From contig CAYOSJ010000001.1 in the NCBI GenBank assembly GCA_964406595.1, positions 1-57,929 of the forward strand: a DNA stretch of 57,929 nt, written 5' to 3'. A program made the translations under genes and the position numbers. Source of the DNA: an uncultured Dorea sp. (GTDB lineage Bacteria; Bacillota; Clostridia; Lachnospirales; Lachnospiraceae). The notes beneath the pieces are model-generated. The model saw nothing but the letters and a program-made list of their open reading frames with translations. It was not told the origin of the DNA and did no database searches. This document shows, one piece after another, positions 8,960 to 17,934 of the stretch (position 1 is its first letter; every line of letters starts with the position of its first letter).

Positions 8960-9199
8960 ATAGTATATTCTCCTTTGTAACAATACCAGATAAGGAAAGT
9001 AAGCCTTTTTTCATTATAATAAAAAAATGAAAAAAAGCATTAAAGAGCGGAAAAATAAGACTCAATTCGACATATTATGGCATTTCATAAAATGGAAACA
9101 AAAGGGGGCAAATATATATTCATAATATCTTAAGAATTTTCAGCAAAGAGTCTTAAAAATTTTCTGATATTTTTGTATTATATAAAGGAGGTGATCGAA

Positions 9200-9895
9200 A
9201 TGGAAAAAATATTAGTATGTGATGATGATAAAGAAATCGTAGAAGCGATAGAGATATATCTGGTGCAGGAAGGATATGAAGTGCTGAAGGCTTATGACGG
9301 CGAGGAAGCGCTTCAGGTATTGAAGACCTGCCAGCCGGATCTTCTGATCATTGATGTGATGATGCCGAAACTTGACGGGATCCGTGCGACGCTCAAGATC
9401 CGCGAAGTGAACAATATGCCGATCATCATCCTGTCAGCAAAATCCGAGGATGCAGATAAGATACTGGGATTAAATGTAGGGGCAGATGATTATCTGACGA
9501 AGCCATTTAACCCGTTGGAACTTGTGGCAAGAGTAAAATCTCAGCTGCGCCGTTATACCAAACTTGGAAGCACGGTGAATATGGAGAAAAAGAATGTATA
9601 TTCTACGGGCGGATTATCGATCGACGATGATCTGAAAGAAGTTACGGTAGATGGAGATACGGTGAAGCTTACACCGATTGAATATAATATATTGTTATTG
9701 CTTGTAAAAAATCAGGGGAAAGTATTTTCTATTGATCAGATATATGAAAATATCTGGAAGGAAGATGCTATCGGAGTGGATAATACGGTAGCGGTACATA
9801 TCAGACATATCCGGGAGAAGATCGAGATCAATCCAAAAGATCCTCGTTATCTTAAAGTTGTCTGGGGAGTCGGGTATAAGATAGAAAAACTTTAG
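9200..9895 (+). CDS. OmpR family response regulator
   Basis: ILVCDDD, IDVMMP, GADDYLTKPF, and wHTH ending VWGVGYK. Confidence 0.93.
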   Translation: MEKILVCDDDKEIVEAIEIYLVQEGYEVLKAYDGEEALQVLKTCQPDLLIIDVMMPKLDGIRATLKIREVNNMPIIILSAKSEDADKILGLNVGADDYLTKPFNPLELVARVKSQLRRYTKLGSTVNMEKKNVYSTGGLSIDDDLKEVTVDGDTVKLTPIEYNILLLLVKNQGKVFSIDQIYENIWKEDAIGVDNTVAVHIRHIREKIEINPKDPRYLKVVWGVGYKIEKL

Positions 9896-9907
9896 AAGGG
9901 AGTTACT

Positions 9908-12532
9908 ATGAGATCAAAAAAGTACAGATCTGGTCTGGTGAAAGGGATTCTGACCATTCTGGCGCATGTGATGATCATCGTGACGGCATCCGTTATGATG
10001 TGGCTGGCGGCATATCCGACCGTTGCGCTGGAGGCATTTCGGTCAAAACCTGCGAAAGAGTATCAGGACACTGTGGGATTTGCAGAATTAATGAACAGCT
10101 ATAGTTATCATGCTGCAGAGAGAATCCGGGTAGAGCAGTTATTTGAACAAAATGGAGAAGTAGATGAGGATCAGCTGATTGATATAGAGGCATTTCATGA
10201 GAATGGAAGTTTGAAGCAGGAAGGAAATGCGTATCAGAAGTTATTAGATGAGCAGAAGATCAGTGGAGATTTTCAGTATCGCCTTGGAGATCTGCTGGAC
10301 TGGTATGATAAGATAGATGGAGGTGGAGGTGAAGATGACTATTACGATGAAAGGATCATCGTTTGCCAGAAGACGGACGGTTCTTACTATTATTATAAAT
10401 TGCCGGAGTTTTATGATCTCTTTGAAAAAGGCGATCTTCAGTTTATCTTTGCAGGTTCAGAGTATGGAGCGACGACAAAAGAACAGATCCTCTGGGAAAT
10501 AGAGCAAGGGTATGATGTCTCAGATGATACATTTCGCGGGATTCAGGACGCAGAAGGAAAAACAGCCTATGTGGACTGCTGGGTGTATACTGGAGACTGG
10601 ATAAAGGAGATGTATACGCCGGCGGGGAAGAGCAGTATTCTGGAGTTTGTAAATGAGGATGAAAAGTGGAATGGAAAACTGGAAGATATTTTCTCCATGC
10701 TAAAAAGTGCGATTTATACCATTGGAAGTGATTATGAGATCTATCAGGATGAAATGTATGAGCAGAAAGAGGGAGATACCAATTATGCTTACATTTACGT
10801 AGATGAGAAAAACAAGACGGTATACACGAACCGGGCAGAATATCAGGATTATCAAAATCTGGAGAAGAGTCTGGAAAGCCTGAAAAGCCTGGGAAAATAT
10901 GTGGTCATGAGACCGACACTCGAAGACTCCGAGAACAATATGGATATTGATATGGACAGGTGGGCTGTGGAGTTGAAAAGCAGCATACCGGACCGGGAAG
11001 AGTTTCTATTTGCAGCAGCGGTAGATACTACTTATCCGATCGAAGATCAGTTTTATGCGGAGAACAAGATATTTGAGGAATATGGTTTTAACGGAAGAGA
11101 ACTTCTGGCGCTGGCGATCGTGGCATTTTTCATTGCTGTGATCTGCACGGTATGGCTGGCGGTCGTGGCAGGAAGAAGTGAGAAAGACGAGGAGATCCAT
11201 CTTCTTTGGTTTGACAGATGGTATACAGAGATTGCAGCGGCTGTTATGATCGCTCTTGGGATCGTCGTGATCTGGTCTGGCGCTGCGGTATTCGTTGACG
11301 GTTCCAGTTTTATGGGAGTTGAAGTGTACAGAGTAGGCATGGCGCTGGCACGAGTTACCAATTATGTCAGGAACTCGATCGCCTATGTGGTAGGTTTTGC
11401 GGTCCTGGCGGTGATTCTATATGCACTTTTCCTGATCGGATTCTTAAGTCTGGTGAGAAGGATCAAAGCAAGGACGCTGTGGAAAGATAGTCTGCTTAGG
11501 AAAATCTGTCATTTTGTAAGACTGATGTACCATCATTTGAATAGCGTATGGAAGGTTGTCTTTTTATTCGCAGCATTCGTGTTTCTTGAACTTATAATGA
11601 TGGGCGCTTACAGCGTAGGCGATGCGGGGATATTTCTCCTGATTGCATTTGGAGGAGGGGGAGTATTATTTGTATGGTTTGTCTATCAGGCGATCGGCAG
11701 GAAGAAGATCAAAGATGGCATCCATAAGATTTACGAAGGTGAAGTGGATTATAAGATCTCCCTTGACGGACTTCGCGGAGAACAGCGGCAGATAGCAGAA
11801 GATATCAATAGCATTGGCGCAGGTTTGGATGCGGCGGTTGAAAAGAGTATGAAGAGCGAGCGCCTCAAGACAGATCTTATTACGAATGTTTCCCATGATA
11901 TCAAGACGCCCCTTACGTCTATTATCAACTACGTGGAACTACTGAGACAGGAGAACTTTGAGGATCCAAGGATCCGGCATTATATTGAAGTGCTGGAGCA
12001 GAAATCCCAGAGGCTTAAGACTCTGACAGAAGATATCGTGGAGGCTTCCAAGGTAAGTTCCGGGAACATCACATTAGAATATATGGATCTGGATCTGGTG
12101 GAGATGATACAGCAGACAAGCGGAGAATTCGAAGAAAAATTCGCAAAACGCGGGCTCAAAGAAGTGCTGACATTTCCAAAAGAAGAGGCGATCATCCGGG
12201 CAGACGGCAGACGTACATGGAGAATCCTCGAGAATATTTATAATAATGTAGCGAAATACGCAATGGAAGGAACCAGAGTGTACGGAGACCTTGCAGTAGA
12301 CGAGCAGACAGTGATGTTCAGCCTTAAGAATATATCCGAGCAGCCACTGAATATTTCGGCAGACGAACTTACAGAGAGATTTATCCGTGGCGACGTATCA
12401 CGAAGCACAGAAGGCAGCGGGCTTGGACTTTCCATCGCAAAGTCACTGGCGCAGATGCAGGGCGGCACCTTTGAATTGTATTTGGACGGAGATCTGTTCA
12501 GAGTAACGATAACCTTTCCAAGAGTCAGATAG
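9908..12532 (+). CDS. Membrane sensor histidine kinase
   Basis: N-terminal TM, large extracellular region, several further TMs, H-box NVSHDIKTPLT, N-box NNVAKY and G2 GSGLGL. Confidence 0.92.
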   Translation: MRSKKYRSGLVKGILTILAHVMIIVTASVMMWLAAYPTVALEAFRSKPAKEYQDTVGFAELMNSYSYHAAERIRVEQLFEQNGEVDEDQLIDIEAFHENGSLKQEGNAYQKLLDEQKISGDFQYRLGDLLDWYDKIDGGGGEDDYYDERIIVCQKTDGSYYYYKLPEFYDLFEKGDLQFIFAGSEYGATTKEQILWEIEQGYDVSDDTFRGIQDAEGKTAYVDCWVYTGDWIKEMYTPAGKSSILEFVNEDEKWNGKLEDIFSMLKSAIYTIGSDYEIYQDEMYEQKEGDTNYAYIYVDEKNKTVYTNRAEYQDYQNLEKSLESLKSLGKYVVMRPTLEDSENNMDIDMDRWAVELKSSIPDREEFLFAAAVDTTYPIEDQFYAENKIFEEYGFNGRELLALAIVAFFIAVICTVWLAVVAGRSEKDEEIHLLWFDRWYTEIAAAVMIALGIVVIWSGAAVFVDGSSFMGVEVYRVGMALARVTNYVRNSIAYVVGFAVLAVILYALFLIGFLSLVRRIKARTLWKDSLLRKICHFVRLMYHHLNSVWKVVFLFAAFVFLELIMMGAYSVGDAGIFLLIAFGGGGVLFVWFVYQAIGRKKIKDGIHKIYEGEVDYKISLDGLRGEQRQIAEDINSIGAGLDAAVEKSMKSERLKTDLITNVSHDIKTPLTSIINYVELLRQENFEDPRIRHYIEVLEQKSQRLKTLTEDIVEASKVSSGNITLEYMDLDLVEMIQQTSGEFEEKFAKRGLKEVLTFPKEEAIIRADGRRTWRILENIYNNVAKYAMEGTRVYGDLAVDEQTVMFSLKNISEQPLNISADELTERFIRGDVSRSTEGSGLGLSIAKSLAQMQGGTFELYLDGDLFRVTITFPRVR

Positions 12533-12589
12533 GGACAGGGTAATTTCAATCTGGGACGGGGTAATTTTAAAATTACCCCGTCCCAGATT
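12532..12589. repeat. Palindromic intergenic repeat, copy 4
   Basis: GGGACAGGGTAATTTC plus perfect 42-bp palindrome 12548-12589 (centre TAATTTT/AAAATTA); starts in the kinase stop codon. Confidence 0.92.
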
Positions 12590-12616
12590 GCATTTTCCTT
12601 GAAAAAACATTACAAT
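12588..12616 (+). promoter_or_regulatory. Putative sigmaA promoter overlapping the repeat end
   Basis: TTGCAT-17 bp-TACAAT; ATG follows 9 nt later with no Shine-Dalgarno (near-leaderless). Confidence 0.55.
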
Positions 12617-12625
12617 ATTAATATT

Positions 12626-13780
12626 ATGAATGAATTAAGACTATTATTACAGGAAAATTTAAATAGTGAATGTCTTCAGGCGGTACTAAGTAACCCACGG
12701 GATAAGGAAAGGGTGCTTAAGATAAAGGTGCGTCCGCTTCTTAAGAAGGAAGAGTTGTTGTTTCAGATCGAGACGTTTCGGGGAGTGCAGGTTTTTCATG
12801 AAAATCTTGCGCCTGCGGAGGCGGTGGAATGTCTGTTGGAATGGATGGAAAATATGAAGCAGATGCAACTTGAGACGAGGAGTCACGTGCATACAGTGCT
12901 CATAAGTAAGAAGGGAAAGGTTACGATCAGGAGCAAGGCGCACAAGGTGGCAAAGGAACAGGCGAGTCTTACGCATAACCGTGAGAAGCAGTATATCTTA
13001 AAGGAAGGAACTCCGGTTCCGTTCCTTGAGGATCTTGGGGTTATGACAAAAGAGGGAAAGGTGGTCCATTCCAGGTTTGATAAATTCCGACAGATCAATC
13101 GTTTTTTGGAATTTATAGAGGACATATTGCCGGAAATTCCAGGAGACAGGGAAATCACGATCCTGGATTTTGGCTGTGGAAAATCTTACCTTACGTTTGC
13201 GATGTATTATTACCTGCATGAACTGAAGAAGTATGACGTCTGTATCATCGGTCTTGACCTGAAGAGTGATGTGATCCGTCATTGCAATGAACTGAGTGTG
13301 AAATACGGTTATGAGAAGTTAAAGTTTTTGGAAGGAAATATCGCGGACTATACAGGAACGGAAGAAGTGGATATGGTAGTGACGCTCCATGCCTGTGATA
13401 CAGCGACGGATTTTGCGCTTGCCAAGGCAGTGGGCTGGAATGCGAAGGTGATCTTGTCCGTGCCATGTTGTCAGCATGAACTGAATCAGCAGATAGAAAA
13501 TGATATCTTAAAACCGGTGCTTGGGTACGGGCTTATTAAGGAGCGCATGGCGGCACTTATTACAGACGGACTCCGGGCACAATACTTGGAGCGCGAAGGA
13601 TATGCGGTGCAGGTGCTGGAATTTATTGATATGGAACATACGCCGAAAAATATCTTGATCCGGGCAGTGCGCACTGGGAAAAAGGGAACGAATGATGAGC
13701 AGATCCGGGCATGTGAGGAATTTCTCCACGTGTCACCAACACTTGGAAGGTTATTAGACAGACAAGGGGAATGTAAATGA
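12626..13780 (+). CDS. Class I SAM-dependent methyltransferase
   Basis: KFRQINRF, ILDFGCGKSYLTF, LHACDTATD and SVPCCQ motifs. Confidence 0.85.
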   Translation: MNELRLLLQENLNSECLQAVLSNPRDKERVLKIKVRPLLKKEELLFQIETFRGVQVFHENLAPAEAVECLLEWMENMKQMQLETRSHVHTVLISKKGKVTIRSKAHKVAKEQASLTHNREKQYILKEGTPVPFLEDLGVMTKEGKVVHSRFDKFRQINRFLEFIEDILPEIPGDREITILDFGCGKSYLTFAMYYYLHELKKYDVCIIGLDLKSDVIRHCNELSVKYGYEKLKFLEGNIADYTGTEEVDMVVTLHACDTATDFALAKAVGWNAKVILSVPCCQHELNQQIENDILKPVLGYGLIKERMAALITDGLRAQYLEREGYAVQVLEFIDMEHTPKNILIRAVRTGKKGTNDEQIRACEEFLHVSPTLGRLLDRQGECK

Positions 13781-16230
13781 AATGGAAGAAACAACTGATT
13801 CAAGGTGGAATATTGACGGCAATTTTTATTCTTGCGGTTGTGATATTCAGTGTTTTTACAAATAGAGATGATAATAATATGACGGCGGATATGGGGACAG
13901 CGACCCGGCCGCAGGTGACATTTTCTTATGAAGGGTATGCCTTAAATCCACTGCCTGTCTATACGAAGGAGATGGATATTCTTGCTGTGCGTGATACGAT
14001 CACACCCGTGACGAACGGTCAGTTGATGATGAGTATCAAGCCGTATGAGAATAAGATCACCGGAATTCGTTATACTGTCTATACACTGGACGGGGAGGAG
14101 AAGATTCTGGAGTCCAGGGTGGACAAACCGGAGGAAAAGGTGATGCTGTCGTTCAAAGGGGATAAAGCCTTAGATGAAGAGCGTGTGATGGAACTTGTAC
14201 TTCAGATGGACGGTGGGGAGGAACTCTACCTGTATACAAGGCTGGTAGATGCGCGTGATACGAATGCGCTGAAATGTCTGGACTATATCCGTGACTTCCA
14301 CAAGAAAACACTGGAGGGCTCAGAAGATCTGATGGTTACGAATGCGCTTGAGTCCAATGAGGAGGGGGACAATACGACTTTTCATCATGTAACGATCCAT
14401 TCGGATTATGACCATGTGGCGTGGGGAGATCTTGAGCCGGAAGTCGTAGGTGGTGAACATTGGAATATCAAAGAAATGAACGATGTCTATATGTCAGTGG
14501 AACTGGAATATCTTGTGACCTGTAAAGGAGAGGAAAATGAAACGGATACTTACAGTGTCACGGAGTTTTTCCGGGTGCGCCACCGGCCGGATCCGGAAGG
14601 GGGAGTGACGTATCTTCTGGATTATGACAGATGGATGGAGCAGATATTTGATGCGTCCCACAAGATACTTACAGAGACGGGAGTCCTTCTTGGAATCCGG
14701 GGAAGTGATGTCCCTTATATGGTAAATAAAAACGGCACGGTGGTGTCATTTATTCAGGCAAATGAATTGTGGAATTATAATCAGAACACGGATGAAATAT
14801 CTCTTGTATTCAGTTTCTCGGATGCAGAGAACAGCGATGTGCGGAACCGTCTTGGCCAGCACGACGTCAGACTGCTGGAAATGGATGATGCCGGGAATAC
14901 TGTATTTGCGGTAACAGGATATATGAATCGTGGCGAACATGAAGGGGAAGTCGGTGTAGCGGTTTATTACTACAATATTTCCCAGAATACAGTGGAGGAG
15001 AAAGCATTTGTCTCGGATGATCAGTCTTACAGACGAACGGAGGAGAAACTGGGAAAACTTATCTACTACAGCGTGGACAGGGAAATGCTCTATATGTTGG
15101 TGGAGGGTTCCCTCTATCGGGTTGATGTTGTCAGCGGCTATAAGAAAGAATTAGTGACAGGTCTTACGAACGAACAATATGTGGTATCTGCAGATGGACA
15201 TCTGGCGGCATACCAGATGCAGTCGGAGACGGAAGAGGGCTGCGATGTGACTGTACTTAATTTTAAGACCGGTGAAGAGCGGGTTGTGACCTGCAAGCAG
15301 GGGACGGTGATCGTGCCTCTTGGATTTATCGGCGGTGATTTTGTCTACGGCACTGCCAATACGTCGGATGTAGGAAAGACGGTGTCCGGCCAGGAAGTAA
15401 TGCCGATGTACCGTCTGGATATTATAGATGGCAAGGGCAAGACGGTCAAGACATACGAGCAGAAAGGAATGTATATACTCGGCGCAACATTTGAGGAGAA
15501 TATGATAACCTTGAACCGTGCTACGAAGGAAGGCGAAACCTATACCGGAGCACTGGAAGATTATATTACCAACAATGAAGAGTCTAAGGAAAGCAATATA
15601 TATGCAGAGAGTTATGTGACGGAACTAAAAGAGACGCAGATGCATCTTGTCTATGCGGAGGGCATTACGGATAAGGAACCAAAGCTGTTGAAGCCAAAGC
15701 AGGTGCTTCACGAGAAAGCAGAAGACATTACATTTGACACGGAAAATAAGGAACAAAGATGTTATGTGTATGGCCGTGGAGATCTGCAGGGGATTTGTGA
15801 CAATGCAGGGGACGCCATTCAGATCGCAGATGAAGTGGGAGGCGTGGTAGTCTCAGAGTGGCAGACTTATATCTGGGAGCGTGGAAACCGAGACCTTCAA
15901 TATACCATTGCAGGGAAAGAAGAGGTCGAGACGATACGCACACAACTTAAAAGCGGGAAGACTCCGGTAGAGATCATGGAGGAGATTTCCGGAGGGAGAA
16001 GTGTGGATCTGACCGGATGCAGCGCCGAGCAGGTGCTCTATATCGTAAATCAAGATATTCCGGTCATCGCGATGTTAAATGCGAAAGACGCTGTAGTCAT
16101 TACGGGATATAATGATGGCAGCGTGGATTACCGCGATGTGGGAAATGGTGAAAGTCATACGGTGTCTTATGAAGAAATGAATGCTATGACTGCAGGGAGC
16201 GGGCACACGTATGTAGCGTATGTGCAATAG
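13777..16230 (+). CDS. Membrane-anchored extracellular hypothetical protein
   Basis: 817 aa; N-terminal hydrophobic anchor, acidic beta-rich body; translationally coupled (ATGA) to the upstream gene. Confidence 0.75.
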   Translation: MKWKKQLIQGGILTAIFILAVVIFSVFTNRDDNNMTADMGTATRPQVTFSYEGYALNPLPVYTKEMDILAVRDTITPVTNGQLMMSIKPYENKITGIRYTVYTLDGEEKILESRVDKPEEKVMLSFKGDKALDEERVMELVLQMDGGEELYLYTRLVDARDTNALKCLDYIRDFHKKTLEGSEDLMVTNALESNEEGDNTTFHHVTIHSDYDHVAWGDLEPEVVGGEHWNIKEMNDVYMSVELEYLVTCKGEENETDTYSVTEFFRVRHRPDPEGGVTYLLDYDRWMEQIFDASHKILTETGVLLGIRGSDVPYMVNKNGTVVSFIQANELWNYNQNTDEISLVFSFSDAENSDVRNRLGQHDVRLLEMDDAGNTVFAVTGYMNRGEHEGEVGVAVYYYNISQNTVEEKAFVSDDQSYRRTEEKLGKLIYYSVDREMLYMLVEGSLYRVDVVSGYKKELVTGLTNEQYVVSADGHLAAYQMQSETEEGCDVTVLNFKTGEERVVTCKQGTVIVPLGFIGGDFVYGTANTSDVGKTVSGQEVMPMYRLDIIDGKGKTVKTYEQKGMYILGATFEENMITLNRATKEGETYTGALEDYITNNEESKESNIYAESYVTELKETQMHLVYAEGITDKEPKLLKPKQVLHEKAEDITFDTENKEQRCYVYGRGDLQGICDNAGDAIQIADEVGGVVVSEWQTYIWERGNRDLQYTIAGKEEVETIRTQLKSGKTPVEIMEEISGGRSVDLTGCSAEQVLYIVNQDIPVIAMLNAKDAVVITGYNDGSVDYRDVGNGESHTVSYEEMNAMTAGSGHTYVAYVQ

Positions 16231-16238
16231 AGGAGAAG

Positions 16239-16727
16239 TTATATACCGCGAAACAGTACATTTCGATATCTGCGCAGCGCTGTATACAGTATCATGCCCA
16301 GTACACCACAGGAGAGAACTTCTCCCATGCCGACAGTCAGCATCATGAATGGGACCGGCAGCAGTATGCCATAGCCATACCGCAGCACAAAGGGAACGAT
16401 GATAACATTGGAAAGAATTGGTGGCAGCGGAGCCAGAAAAGGCGTTTTCTTGCGGAGCCGGTAAGTAAACATTGCGCCAAGCAAAGTTGCTATACTTCCG
16501 CAGATAATGTCAGGCAGGATAGCGCCACCTAAAATATTTCCGATGAGACAACCGATGAATAATCCTGGTATGGCTGCTGGGGTAAATAGAGGCAAGATCG
16601 TAAGCGCCTCGGCGATTCTTACTTGTACTTCTCCGAAAGAAAAGGGTGCGAACACAATGGTGAGCACCACATAGATAGCGGCGATCATGGACGCCTGCGT
16701 CAGAAACGTGATGTTTTTGCTTTTCAT
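16239..16727 (-). CDS. queT: QueT family queuosine-precursor transporter
   Basis: IAAIYVVLT...SFGEVQVRIAEAL...GCLIGN signature; preQ1 riboswitch upstream. Confidence 0.9.
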   Translation of the reverse strand: MKSKNITFLTQASMIAAIYVVLTIVFAPFSFGEVQVRIAEALTILPLFTPAAIPGLFIGCLIGNILGGAILPDIICGSIATLLGAMFTYRLRKKTPFLAPLPPILSNVIIVPFVLRYGYGILLPVPFMMLTVGMGEVLSCGVLGMILYTALRRYRNVLFRGI

Positions 16728-16735
16728 AATATTGT

Positions 16736-16780
16736 ACTCCTTTAGTTTTGTTTTACGAGTGGAAGGTCTCGAACACTCGA
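16736..16780 (-). ncRNA. preQ1-I riboswitch (translational)
   Basis: Minus strand CGAGUG-UUCGAGACCUUC-CACUCG-UAAAACAAAACUAA-AGGAG: P1 stem, UUCG-start loop and A-rich tail running into the queT SD. Confidence 0.85.
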
Positions 16781-16850
16781 TTCATTTAACGCCGGGAATC
16801 GGCGGCAAGCCCGATGGACCTTGGTTTTGCGGGGCTTTGCTACGGGTGGT

Positions 16851-16879
16851 AGTATAGCATAGAAAAAGTGGAAAATCAA
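16851..16879 (-). promoter_or_regulatory. sigmaA promoter of queT
   Basis: TTGATT-17 bp-TATACT with an extended TG. Confidence 0.65.
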
Positions 16880-16928
16880 GGCTTGTCCGGAATTTGTCCG
16901 GAATGGGGAAATTAAGAGAAATTTTGTG

Positions 16929-17048
16929 CTAAAATTTGCTAGAAACAGTTTTTTGTGATAATACATATTCTTCCACGGATTCCCGTGGTATCTTCCAGAT
17001 CCTGCCAATTTTAAAAGCCTTGATCTGATTGATCTTTAAAAAGATGTA
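16929..17048 (-). pseudogene. Excisionase-like helix-turn-helix (HTH_17-type) remnant, 5' end missing
   Basis: Manual translation YIFLKINQIKAFKIGRIWKIPRESVEEYVLSQKTVSSKF*; no start codon or RBS seen. Confidence 0.6.
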
Positions 17049-17100
17049 TAAAAAGGAAAGTTTTGATATAATAGGTGTATCGAGAGAGAGGAGACGAAAT

Positions 17101-17376
17101 ATGTATCTAAAACGCAGTGTATACGAACGTCTTATAAAGTGGAAAGAGAATGGAACGCATAGTACATTAGAGGTGAGCGGAGCAAGGCAGGTTGGGAAAA
17201 CCTACCTTATTAATAAATTTGCGGATGAGTACTTTGCGCATAAAATCTATATCAATCTTTTTGAACTGAGCGGAAAGGCAGATAAATTGCTTTATTTAAA
17301 AGGAGATACCCAAGGGGGGACAGATAAAAATATAGAAACTGTACCAATCTATATGCTGGAAAGATATCGATTTTGA
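17101..17376 (+). pseudogene. Internally deleted AAA (AAA_14/DUF4143-type) ATPase
   Basis: 91 aa; N-terminus MYLKR...GARQVGKT...YINL joined directly to the typical C-terminal tail IETVPIYM; Walker B absent. Confidence 0.7.
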
Positions 17377-17417
17377 TAAAGCGTAGATGTAGAAAAATAG
17401 AGGAAAGGTTTTGCATT

Positions 17418-17438
17418 AAATTTACCCTGTCCCGGATT
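17418..17438. repeat. Palindromic repeat, single inverted 21-bp unit (copy 5)
   Basis: AAATTTACCCTGTCCCGGATT followed by GCATTTTCCT, as at copy 4. Confidence 0.7.
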
Positions 17439-17496
17439 GCATTTTCCTGATTTATTCATATAATAAAGCAGATATTTATTTTCAGGAGAGGGTATT

Positions 17497-17865
17497 ATGG
17501 ACAACAGGCTACCTTACTATATGACTTATCAGAACCCGGTAATGTATGATATGGTGTACGATGATGACAGAAAAACCAGACGAGATTACGATTATATGAA
17601 GAGTTTGTATCCCGAAACGGCTCAGCGGGTGCTGCCGTTTGTGGAAGAAGAGTGCGACCGTCTGGAATATGATGGCAGTATGATGTATGATGAATATCCT
17701 GACAGGCTGCAGCTGCGTCTGATGTGCCGCAGGATCTACGGGCGGGTAAAGGATACGGAGGAAAATCCGGGGAAATGGCTTCAGGAACTGGTTGAGGTGC
17801 TTGCTTATCAGGAATTGTGCAGACGGCGGTGCGATCACCGGGAATTTAGACGGCGGTTTTACTAG
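17497..17865 (+). CDS. Hypothetical protein (Tyr/Asp/Arg-rich, possibly spore-associated)
   Basis: 122 aa with RBS GGAGAGG; motif CDRLEYDGSMMYDEYPD; function inferred only from composition. Confidence 0.7.
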   Translation: MDNRLPYYMTYQNPVMYDMVYDDDRKTRRDYDYMKSLYPETAQRVLPFVEEECDRLEYDGSMMYDEYPDRLQLRLMCRRIYGRVKDTEENPGKWLQELVEVLAYQELCRRRCDHREFRRRFY

Positions 17866-17934
17866 AGCGAAAAGTGGACGAATGGGCATCGATGTGATAA
17901 AATGATGTTTTAAAAGTACAAAGGAGTCGGGTAT

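Noticed and set aside
16742-17008. 88-aa minus-strand ORF upstream of queT
   Set aside because: It runs through the queT promoter and preQ1 riboswitch and has no RBS or recognisable motif.
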